Part shown: positions 1 to 11,930 of the stretch, piece after piece | Layout of the letters: each line of letters opens with the position of its first letter | How positions within the stretch are numbered: the stretch's first letter is position 1 | Origin: Octopus bimaculoides | Lineage: Eukaryota | NCBI RefSeq assembly: GCF_001194135.2 | Contig: NC_069005.1 | Coordinates: 14,911,799 to 14,946,164, forward strand | Direction of reading: 5' to 3' | Length of the DNA stretch: 34,366 nucleotides | Program-made: the position numbers and the translations under genes | The notes under the pieces: generated by a model | The model's input: the letters and a program-made list of their open reading frames with translations, nothing else | Told to the model about the DNA's origin: nothing | The model's database searches: none

Positions 1-82
<82 letters not shown>
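1..82. repeat. (TA)n/(TG)n microsatellite, representative of many others (e.g. 12362-12425, 17890-17948, 23822-23879, 26240-26470, 30118-30240, 34326-34366)
   Basis: Directly visible. Confidence 0.95.
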
Positions 83-84
<2 letters not shown>

Positions 85-88
85 TACT

Positions 89-1338
89 TGGGAAAGGATG
101 CGTGGCGTTCGATCATATAATAATATAAATAATATATAAATATATGCATATATCCATACATATATGCATATACCTACATCTATATGTATATATACATGCA
201 TACATGGGTACAGGACATCAAAAAAACGTTAAACACAATGAGAAATGAAAACAGAAAACAAACATTTTTCGAGCAATGAAAAAAACAGAGAAACGAGACA
301 TGCAACATAAAGAGTATGACCCTTCGTCAGTTGTCCCTGTTCCATCTACTCCGCGTTTCGAAGGCAAGTACAATACACGACTTCGTTGGAACAGTCCTCC
401 CCGCAAAGCCAATTAAATAAAATTTGGAATTTTTTGCGGAGGGTGAAAGTGTTAACAAGAACAGGACAGTGAAAACAAGACAGTAAAAACAAGACAGTAA
501 GAAGAAACAGTGAGGGCTGTTAAGCCAAGACGATAGAAAAATTAAATTATTATGAACACTTAAGATAGACGTGCATGAGAGAAGAGACAGAAAAAATACG
601 TCTTTTCTATAAGAAGGCAGTGAGCAGAAAGAGAGATCCCCTTTCGTCACATGTCAGCGACGAGAGGGTCAAGGAGGAAGAGTGAGAGAGAGAGAAGAAT
701 AGGGAAAGGGTGGGAGAGAAAAACAGAAAGGATGAAGAACAAGACAGGGAGAGAGATAGACAAGAAAGTGATAGTAATAGTAGTAGAGCGCGCATTCTAA
801 TTATTAAGATAAAACTTACGTGGGAAAGGATGCGTGGCGTTCGATCATATAATAATATATAAATATATCCATATATCCATACATATATGTACATACCTAC
901 ATCTATATGTATACACACATGCATATATGGGTACAGGACATCAAAAAAACGTTAAACACAATGAGAAACGAAAACATAAAATGAACTTTTTTTGAACAAC
1001 GAAAAAAACAAACAGAGAAACGAGACGTGCCACATAAAGAGTATAACCCTTCGTCAGTTGTCCCTGTTCCATCTACTCCGCGTTTCGAAGGCAAGGACAA
1101 TACGCGACTTCGTTGGAACAGTCCTTCCCGCAAAGCAAATTAAATAAAATTTGGAAATTTCTGTTTGTTTTTTTCGTTGTTCGAAAAAAGTTCGTTTTCT
1201 GTTTTCATTTCTCATTGTGTTTAACATTTTTTTGATGTCCTGTACCCATATATGCATGTATGTATACATATAGATGTAGGTATGTACATATATGTATGGC
1301 TATATGCATATGTTTATATATTATTTATATTATTATAT
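89..1338. mobile_element. Penelope-like pseudo-LTR cluster: two direct copies (89-431, 821-1157) plus one inverted partial copy (1161-1338)
   Basis: The repeats are directly visible, with a period of about 730 bp. The minus strand carries CTGACGA and CGAAACGCG boxes. The class is inferred from this architecture. Confidence 0.55.
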
Positions 1339-1458
1339 ATACATATGTATATATGCATATATATATATGTATATACATGTAAGAGAATGCAAACAAGTCC
1401 TTGAAAGCTACAAATCTAAGTTGCTGAAATGTGTGGTCTTCAGGTGGTGCTCACTTAC

Positions 1459-1703
1459 TTATTGTTTTCATTCGCACACTGCCTCCTTCAATTTGAACCC
1501 CAAGGTCCAGTTCTTTAAAATCAACAGACGAGGTAGGGACCATATTCCTTGGTGACAAAATGGGGGTGCATACCTCTCGCCATTTCGTCCTCTCGAGTCG
1601 CGGCCTGTCTCGTTCAGAGCCAAGACTTGACGATCGCTGAACTGGTTGGATCTTTGTTTCACTAGGAGGCATGCCAAGAGTGGTTAAATCATGGCAGCTT
1701 GAT
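1459..1703 (-). CDS. ssh: SSH exon m (245 nt): RSSCHDLTTLGMPPSETKIQPVQRSSSLGSERDRPR...QIEGGSVRMKTI
   Basis: Long pyrimidine tract with tttcag acceptor, in phase with exon l; GTAAGT donor (read-through would end ...TISK*); unique GC-richer sequence among repeats. Confidence 0.85.
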
Positions 1704-4700
1704 CTGAAAGAGAGAAAGAGAGTGAAAATGAGAGAGAGAGAAATAGGAAACCAAAATGTTTTCTAATCTTTAATCCTTTACTTTAATCTTTAATCCTTTA
1801 CTTTAACCTTTAATCCTTTACTTTAACCTTTTATCATTCAGATTGTTCTGTCAAACGCAATGCTTATTCATTCACATTATTTTCACTTAATCATGCATTA
1901 TCTCAAAGCTTCAAGATTACCACAATGTGATCTTATATAGAATAGCATTGTAGCATAGGTGTGAGAAGCCAGATCTGGTCAGTGTAGACATAATACTTTG
2001 GCTGGATAAGGCCAGTTTAAATGCTAAAGGGTTAAACTGTCCATATCTGGCCAAGACATTCAACCTGGCCTCTCACACCTACCCTACAATATCATTCTAA
2101 AAATATACAATCACATCATCGAAATCTTGAAGCTATAAGATAAGACGTGATTAATTCAAAATAATGTGAATAAATAAGCATTGCTTTTGACAAAGTAATG
2201 TGAATGTGAGATGGCTGATGGTTTGTGGAGTCACCTTTAAAAATTTCATCTGTGTGTTATATGTCAATGGTAAGACAACCCAGCTTATCTATTCCTCCTC
2301 AGGTCATACCTGGAAATTGCAGGTCCATTTAAAAAATCATATAACCTTCAATGAACTGGCAAAAAAAGACTTTTTAGCCAATGTAATGTGGTGCTAGTAC
2401 TGTGATATGAACCCTCAATCTCTCAGCCAGTAATCTAGTGTACTATCAACTCTTACAGCCAACCTGAAGTAAATTAATGTTCCTTTGGAAGTTAACAGAC
2501 TTGGTTTTGAGAAACCACTAAAGCAGTCTCTAAGATGAAAAACTGAATTAACTAAACTAGGGTTTCATCCCAGAAGAACCAACCGTGCAAGTTAATATTT
2601 ACAGACTTGTGATGACAAAATTATTTTACTGCCTGTTTCATCATTTTTGAAAGTAATTAAAACAAAAGCTGTGCATTTCAACAGCAATACAACAACAGGA
2701 AAGGTAAGAAGGGAAAGAAACATATCTCACACTGCATGTAAGGTAGCCTTGACACATACAGCTAGCAAGAATATCTATTATCTATAAGTAACAGATAGGT
2801 GAACTGAGTTACAGAGAATGAACTCTTTCATTACAATGTCTAACAGAATACACTATCCATGTACTTTATAATTAATCACTTAAATAATCAACAGTTTAGA
2901 AGGATTTAGTGAAACATTAATAATGCAGCCTGAGTACTGTATAGAACAAATTCATTACTATTATATTAGAACCTAACAAAAGGTTCTCACATAAAATTAA
3001 GACAAGGGGTCCTAATTTAAATATAAAAACTTTAAAATTAGAGTGTTTGTGTCATAAAACTGGGGGCAGCCACATGCGGGTTGGTATCAAAAGGGATATA
3101 GACCCCAGAGCTGTTTTAACAATTAAAATGCCTCCAAGCAAAGCAAAGCACAGAGGCCCTCTATATACCCAGTAATAGCATAAACAGATTAGCATTAGGG
3201 TCCTTAAGGATGTGTGACCTCTGGGCAGCTGCTTAGTGTGTTCATGTCTTAAGATAGGATTGAGAGATCCTTCAGAAAAACCCAAAGAATCACTTGCTTT
3301 GGATTTCAACTCAAGACTTATGGGCTACTGGTATGGTGTTATACTTTACTCCATCTCAGCTATTCATCTTTGAAAGAACAGCAAACAGAAAACAAGTGAA
3401 GAAGATAACATATAATAAAAGTACAAAAGAGAGAGAGAGAGAGAGTGGTGAGTGTGTACCTGTGTTTCTGTTCTAGCTCCTGAGTAGTTCTACGGACAGT
3501 GCCAACAGGAAAGTCAATATCCTCCATTTTGTACACCGCAGGAAAGCAACCTTCTTTATCAGCAGTTAGGTTTTCTTTGATACTCAAACTATTGAAGAAT
3601 TCTTTCCCAAGAACATCATCACAAACACTTTGGGGCCGTTCGACAACTCTATGGAGTGCTCTGATGTCGAATTCATTCTCTCTTCCCATGGTAACTGCTT
3701 CATTTTCCTTGTTGACAGGAAATGTTGAAATTGTATGGGAAGATTTCAGAACGAGAGGAAACCTTGACATCCAGATTGTTTGTGAAGAATTAAAATCACT
3801 TTCCGAAGACTGACAAGCTTCACTTGCTGTAAGAGGAGATGAAACAGTAGCAGTGGGCAAAGAGTTCACGGCATCAGCAGCAAATGGAATGTCTTCATCA
3901 ACAGGCTCAGTTTCACTTGGTGTTTTAGTATTGCTTTTGATACGCTCTTCCAAATTCCTCCATTGCTGACGTACAGTCCCTGGATTCCAGGGAATAGACT
4001 CTTTTACATATGGTTCAGGGACCTCTGAAGATTGGTCGGCAGTATCTGCTTTTGCTATTTGTTGCAGAGGGGCACCCTTAATGTCACTGGCCATCATCTT
4101 CAAACCTTTAGCAGACCCTCTCATACTGGATGAATTGCTATTGTTTTCACAATGGGAAGTCCTCTCGACATTGAGAGACCCAGAAACGTTGATATTAACA
4201 CTTGTGCGATTTAAAGGAAGATTCTGATTCAGAATTGTTTGTGTGTTGCTAATGTCTGCCTGTATTAAGCCCTTAATATCATTCTCTAATGTCGGATCTT
4301 TATCATCAGGGTCTGTAGAGGACTCCCCAATGGAAAACGGCTGTGAACTTATCCAGCTGTTGTCTGCTTTAAACTTAGGTATCTGAAGATTTGCACAGTC
4401 GTAAGTGTTTGCTCTCACACGTACTACTTCACTCTCATTGTTGTCACTTCTATCATCGACACTGTCAGAAGTAAAACCATCAGAATCTCGTCGTGGTCGT
4501 ATAGGCAAGAAATAATCATCCCTGTAGAAACCAGGAACATCCATATACTCTGAATTATCAAAATTCCGTTGCATATAGTCTAAGTCTGCAAAATGGAAAG
4601 GTCAAAATTATTAGTTTGTCATAGAAAGAAGAGTTAAACTGACAAATTGTGACTTTCATGCAGTTTCATTACAAACCTTTTTATTAACCAAGAAATTATA

Positions 4701-7700
4701 AAATAATCGGAACCTGATGCAGCTCCCCAGCTTACCAGTTTTGAATCAAACCATCCAACCCATATTAGATGATGATGATGACGACTATACTGGCACTCTG
4801 TCAGTTATGATGACAGAGTGTTCCAGTAGATCCAATCAGTGGAACAATCTGCTCATGAAAGTAATGTGCAAGTGGCTGAGCACTCCACAGACATGTACCT
4901 TTAATGTAGTTCTCATGGAGATTCAGCATGACATAGAATATGACAAGGCTGGCCCTTTGAATTCCAGGAGCTACTCATTTTTGCTAGCTGAGTGAACTGG
5001 AGCAACATAAAATAACAGACCAAAAGGGATCTCACCATTGTCAAAATGGCTGCTGGCAGCACCATTCCGAGTGTCACCTTCTTCACTTTTAGACTTGGTG
5101 TTAAACATATGACGCTTTTGACTGAAATGAAAAAGAAAAAAAACACAGAAAAAAAAAAGGTTAGCTTACAATCTTGTAACAACATCTTTAAACAGATAAC
5201 AGTTAAGTAATAATAACATCATCAAGTATAACAATGAGCTTGAACTAACTTCAGCCACTTAACAACAAAGGGAACATGCTTGAAGTGCTTTTATTTAGCA
5301 GGAGATAAATCACAGCTGGTGAGACTACCAAAAGCCCATATGAGAGGTTCTCATAGTAACAATCACAATATTTTGTGTTCTAACGCATTTTAATGCAACA
5401 GTTTTTAAGTGATGATGAATATTACCTTTTGGTACCAATACTGCTTCTGTCATGAATAATTATTTTGTGGAAAACAAAATCTATTCAATAATTGTAGTGC
5501 TTCAATGAACTTTAATAATGAGAATTTGAACAGTGTTTTTGCTGCTGCCACCATCATCATTTTTATGTTTGCTTTTTCCATGTTGGTATGGGTTGGATGA
5601 GGCTTAATGAAGCAGTATTCCACAGCAAGATACTCTTCTCGTCACTGACCCTTATTTGTGTCTCAAGTAATATAACTTTGATCCCACTGGTCTTCACATG
5701 AAGCCAATGAAATTGCCAAGCTACAAAACGTATTTTTCACAAGAGGGAGGGAGGTAGAGGGGGAGAGGGGAAGGAGGAGGGGAGAGAGAAACATTAAAAC
5801 ATCTAATGTCAAACAAATCAGCATTGAACCAGCGATGCCAAACAAGCAGTGCCAGAATGGCTGTGGCAAAATGTCACACAACCCGGAAAGATAGAAACCA
5901 GAAGCTCTGACTTACCTTGCAGTGAGAATTCCATGATATTCCTTTAACTGAGTTATAAAAGCCTTGTTTGGTTTGATAACTCCTCTCTTTTCTTTCACAA
6001 AATCAAAGGCTTCCTTAAATGTACAGCAATCTTCTTTCATTTTGAAAGCAATGACCTGTTGTGAGAAACGGAACCTTGTATGCAATTGAGAGACTAACAG
6101 CAAAAAGGCTGCAGCTGGTCGGTGTCTGACATTAGAGGAGAGACCAGCACCAGCACATCTGCATCTGTAAAATACACTGAATCAGTGAGCTGGCAGAACT
6201 GTTAGCATGCTGGGCTTTGCCTTTCATCCTTTCAGGGTCGATAAAATAAATACTAGTTGAGTACTGGGGGGGTCAATGTAATTGACTTGCCCCTTCCTCA
6301 AAAATTGCTGGCTTTGTGCCAAAACTTGAAATCAATATTTCTAATAATAATATTGATGGAGAACTGAGTGAAATGTTTATAGCTTGAACCATTCCACACA
6401 AAGTTGCAGTTATTGATTCACAATGAACAACTTCCCAGGAGAAGTATGATATAATTAAAAAGTGTTTCTTTAATTACCAGCTCAAAATATTAGTTTCAGA
6501 TTTTGGCACAAGGACAGCAATTTCAGGGAGTAGGGGAAAGTCAATTACATCGACCCCCACAGTACTCAACTGGTACTTATTTCATTGATGAAGGGCAAAG
6601 TTGACTTCAGCAGAACCTGAACTTGGAAGGTAAAGATGGACAAAGTGCCAAGAAGCATTCTGTCCAGTTTGCCACCTTAGTAACGAAAATAGGTTTAGCA
6701 CAGTCACTGCAGCAAGATTGAACACCGACACCGGATGTTCAATGCTGCTGTCTCCCTATGTTTATACCGACAAGATCATCCAGACACCAACACCAGCTCA
6801 AAACATTACCATGAATGTTTGCCTGCAGAAGAATGAACTCTGCGGGATTGATTCATGCCAGATACATCTTAGAGTGTTACCCTTATATGGCAAGGTATTA
6901 AAGGACTCTTCTGAGTAATTGCATGGGTCTGTAGTTACGAAACTTGTTTTTCTCAATCACATGGTGCCACTGCATGGCACGTCAGATAAGTGTCTTTGAC
7001 AAAGTGTCTTTGACAAAGTGTCTTCGATAAAGCCTTGTGAGCGGAACTGGTGACTTGTGTCTGAAACTGAAAAAAGTTCATCGTGTGTGTGTGCATGCAC
7101 GCATGAGTGGGCATGTGTGTGCGTGTCATCTTGTCATTGTGTGATAGTTGTATATGAGAGTCACCATCATACAAGTCTTTCATTGCCAATCTTCTGATGA
7201 CAGGAAAATATTACCTTGCTTGGAAACAGGTGACCCATGAAAAAACAATGATGATGATGATGATGGCATCAGAATTAGTCTCCACATGTCCACAGATGTT
7301 AACCAAATTCTTGTAGTTAAATTTTCTTTGTTATTGCACAAGAAAGTGCTGCATAGTTAAGATTATAATTTAAAATTTTATCAGAGACTGTTGTGCTGTT
7401 CTTCAGAGAAACAACTTTAATCTGCTGCTGGTTAAACAAGATCTTTTGAGTGGATTTGGCAGGCAGAAACTGAAAGAAGCCTGCTGCATGCACCATATAT
7501 GCATGTATAAATGAATGTGTATATACACATGTATATGTGTTTACATTTGCATTTCCAAAGACATGTGAAATAAAAGATTTCTTTCCCGTAAAGCAGATAA
7601 TGGTTAAGAATAGGAAGGGCACCAGGTTGTAAAATGATGCCCTGATAAATATTCATGTAACTCATGCTAACATGGAAAAACGGATGTTAAAATATTTAAA

Positions 7701-10700
7701 TCCCCACTTCATAATTGAGTGGTTAGCAATATGAAAGTAAAAAACATATGTTGTCACAATATCTTGTACTTCAATAAATGACATCTCTATATTACCATCT
7801 ACACTGTAAGATGTCCTAGAATTTAAGGCAATTACTCCTAACAGCAAGAGCAGCTCTGCAAAAACTTCTGCAGCAGCTCAGCCAATGTTTTCCAGCTAAG
7901 AGAATTGTACAAGTGGTTGTGTAAGTGTGACTGTGTGGTAAGAAGCTTGCTTCCCAACCACATGGTTCCAGGTTCAAGTCCCACTGCATGGCACCATGGG
8001 CAAGTGTCTTCTACTATAGCCTTGGACTGACCAAAGCCTTGAGTGGATCTGGGAGACGGAAACTGAAAGAAGCCCATTATATACATGTGTGTGTGTGTGT
8101 CTTTGTGTCTGTGTTTGTCCCCCCCAATAATGCTTGACAACCAGTGTTGGTGTGTTTACACTTCCATAACTTAGCAGTTCGGCAAGAGTCTGACAGGAAA
8201 AGTACCAGGCTTAAAAAAAAAACAAAAAAAAAACAAGTACTGAGGTCAATTTATTTGACTAAAAATTCTTGCAGGCAATGCTCCAGCAAGGCCACAGTCT
8301 AATGAACTGAAACAAGTAAAAGGTGTTTGTTGAAAGACTTTTACTTACAGTTGAAGCAGATCGGCTGATGCCCATCTTGCAGTGAACAAGAACTTTACCA
8401 TTGTCTTCCCTGGAAAAAAGTAAAAAAAACGTGTATATAATAATCCTTTCTACAAGCCTGAAATTTAGGGGGAAGGGGACTAGTCAATCATATTGAACCC
8501 AGTATTTCATTGATACTTAATTTATTGACCCCAAAAGGATGAAAGGCAAAGTCAACCATGACGGAATTTGAACTCAGAACATAGCAGCAGGTGAAATACC
8601 ACTAAGCATTTCGTCCAGTGTGCTAATGATTCTGCCAGTTCACTGCCTTAAGCGTAAATGTAATAATAATGATTCCTCACACAGACACATATCTGCAAAT
8701 ACAGAAAGCAATGAGTTACACTTAAATATAAACCAAACTGTGGAATTTATTTTATCACACTGAGATATTAGTTTCAAATTTCTGCCAGCTCGCTGCCTTG
8801 AAACAAATATTGGTTTCAAATTTTGGTACAAGGCGAGCAATTTTAGGGAAGGGTAAATCGATTTAATTCATCCCAGTGTTCAACTGGTACTTATTTCATT
8901 CAGATTGAAAGGATGAAAGGTAAAGTCAACCTTGGTGGAATTTGAACTCAGATCCTAAAGACAGACAAAATGCTGCTAAGCATTTCGTCAAGCATGCTAA
9001 CAATTCTGCCAGCTCGCTGCCTTAATAATAATAATAATAATAATAATAAGGAAGAAAGGGTTGTGACAAAAAATAAATTAACAAAGAAATAAACTTACTT
9101 TGTTTTCCTGATGAATTCATGCGTTCGCTTCCAGTGTTTCATGAGGTCTGTGAATTCATTATCAAACTCCCGCACATTCATATAAATAAATTTCTCAGGG
9201 AAGAAATTGTCTATTTCTCGAGAGATGTTGAGAATACTTGTAACACTGAAAAGAGACAAACAAACACGAAAATATATTTTTAAAAATGAAAATAAATTTT
9301 TGTCAAGTGATGGTGTTAAACAATTAGATTGCTTGTCACCCTAAACATGCTTTGATTTAACAAAGAGGAGGTTTCTAACTTTGAAAGGTTGAATAAAAAC
9401 AGGAAAATTTGAATTGAATAGTTCTTTGAAACTTAATTTAGTACAAAGAAAAAAAAAAAGGAAAAAAAAAGATGATGATGGTCATTGTCATCATGAAACA
9501 ACACCAATATATCACAAGCTGAGGGCTCTCTTCTATGTGGTTGCTCGATCTGCTAGAAATAATTACCAAACATTGTCCTCTCTAGCTCAGCAGATGTTTA
9601 CCGGCAACAATTTAAGCGGAACATTAACAACATTAAGTTCACTGACCTTGGAGGATTTGCTGAGGTCATGAGCACTTCCTTTCCTCCAGATTCAGTAAGT
9701 TAAATAAAAAAAATAACAGCACAGGCATGGCTATGTGGTTGAGAAGCTTACTTCCCATGCATGTCGGCATGGGTTCAGTCCCACTGCGTGGTATCTCAGG
9801 CAAGGGTCTTCTATTATAGCCTTGGACCAACAAAAACCCTTGTGAGTGGATTTGGTAGATGGAAACTAGAAGAAGCCTGTTGCATGTATGCATCCATGTG
9901 AGTGTACCCATGTGTCAACATCATCATCATTTAACATCTACTGCTGGCATGGGTTGGATGGTTTGACATGGAGCTGGTTAGCAGGGAGCTGTCCTGACTC
10001 CAACTGTCTGTTGAGGCATGGTTTCTATGACTGGATGCCTTTCCTAATGCCAACCCCCTAACAGAGTGTGCAGAGTGCTTTTTATGTGCACAAATGTGTT
10101 TATACAGCATTGGCATGGGTGCTTTTTAAGTGGCACCAGTACCTGACAGGACAGGTCTGTATGTGTGGAAGACAGCAATTTTACCTGGCTTGGCCCATCT
10201 TACCAAGTACAGCAAATTGCCACATCTCCCAGTCTCTTGTCATTTGATGATTGTAATTGAGCATCACCCTCATACATACGGGGCTGTTCATTTCCAGTCT
10301 TCCCAGAGAAACATGTCTGGTTATGGGGAAATAATATCTTGCTTGGAAACAAGGGTTACAGACAGGAAAGGCAACTATAGAAAATCTGCCTCAACCAATT
10401 TCATCTAAATGAAGCAAGCATGGAAAAGTGGATGTTAAATGATGATGACGATTAATAAGTGTTGGCAAATCACTAAAATAACAAGGAATCAGCTGCATAA
10501 AAAAAATTGAGAAAAGAAAAAAAAACCCTAAAACTTACCCATTTTCCTCTAATTCCTCATAGTTGGATGCATTCCACTCAGAGCCAAGGTAAAGATATGG
10601 GAATATTTCTGTTGGGGCATCCATCTGACGGAGTATGCGTATTGTTTCTGCATCGATAAAACTTTTGTAGTCTTTTAATGATCTATTGAATGACTCTTCC

Positions 10701-11892
10701 AGCATATTACGGAGCTAAAACAAACAAGTTAATTATTTAATAATAAATAACGCCGTGTAAAAGAAAAAAAATTTCTTGAATTTTTTTTTGTCTTTGGTCA
10801 GTAAATGTTATTTCCTATTTGCTTCTATCTAGAAATCAAAGAAAATGACTACAACCCTCTTCAAACTTTGCTTTTCTGAACTGGACATCGATGTTTTGAA
10901 GCTGACCTATTTTCCATTACATTTCAGACAGATTCAGCATTGAGTTGCTGAAGCAGAAATATTGTTATAACAAATATTCTGCTCAATACCACAGATCTGC
11001 CNNNNNNNNNNTGCTGAAGCAGAAATATTGTTATAACAAATATTCTGCTCAATACCACAGATCTGCCTGTCAGTTGTTGGATCTTAACCACTTGAGCATG
11101 TCCCTTAGTGGTTAACAATATGTGCATCTCTGATGATGAGCAGGAATAGTGGGCCAACATCAAAGTCATGCATTGAGAGGGATTCTTTGGGGTTTGAATA
11201 AATGTAACAAAATCAAAGTTTGAAGGAAATATTAGCCATTTTTCTTACTTTCTAGGGGTAAGCAAATAGGAAATAACAATTACTACCCAAGGACAAAAAT
11301 CATGTTATACAGTGTAATCATCATTATTTCTGGATTCTTCATTTTAACAGAGATTTCACTGCAATTTCTTTGGGTCTGTGTTTGTCCCCCACTACAGCTT
11401 GACAATTGGTGTTGGTGTGTTTGTATTGCTATAACTTAGCAGTTTGGCAAAAGAGACCAATAGAATAAGTACCTGGCTTTTAAAAAAAATACTGAGGTTA
11501 ATTCATTCAACTAAAAATTTTACAAGGTGGTGCCCCAGCATGGCCACAGTCTAATGAGTCAATGAGTAAAAAATAAAAGATGGGATGTAACTGGAATTGT
11601 CAGTCACTGATAATTCAATGAATGAGTTGTTCAGTTGTTTGAACTACTGAATATTCAAATTGATGAATCAGTTTGGGTAAATACTGGAATCTGAAGAAAC
11701 TAGTGAATGTCTATGCCAAGAACATTTCCTGTAGGCATGGGTGTGTGGTAAGAAGAAGCTTACTTCTCAATCACATGGTTTTGGAATCAGTCCCACTGTG
11801 TAGCATCTTGGGCAAGTGTCTTCCACTATAGCCTCGGGGTGACCAAAGCCTTGTGAGTGGATTTGGTAGAAGGAAACTGAAAAATGTCCGTC

Positions 11893-11930
<38 letters not shown>

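Noticed and set aside
1046-1121. Intact, active hammerhead ribozyme
   Set aside because: No single fold places CUGANGA, GAAA and a UH triplet correctly, so it is reported only as hammerhead-like.
218-1555. Short ORFs here and at 11767-12573, 15440-15908, 17721-18161, 22469-23063, 26206-26488 and 29880-30301
   Set aside because: They are translations of microsatellites or transposon non-coding sequence, some spanning N gaps.
1764-1830. CRISPR-like array
   Set aside because: There are no spacers, the context is eukaryotic, and it is a simple tandem repeat.
3360-4574. 404-aa ORF as a standalone gene
   Set aside because: It is preceded by an in-phase acceptor and is an internal SSH exon.
7925-8000. 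tRNA genes at A/B-box motifs (this and similar heads)
   Set aside because: They have no cloverleaf and continue into SINE bodies.
10946-11067. 56-bp exact direct repeat
   Set aside because: The two copies flank a 10-N gap, which is typical of an unmerged contig overlap.
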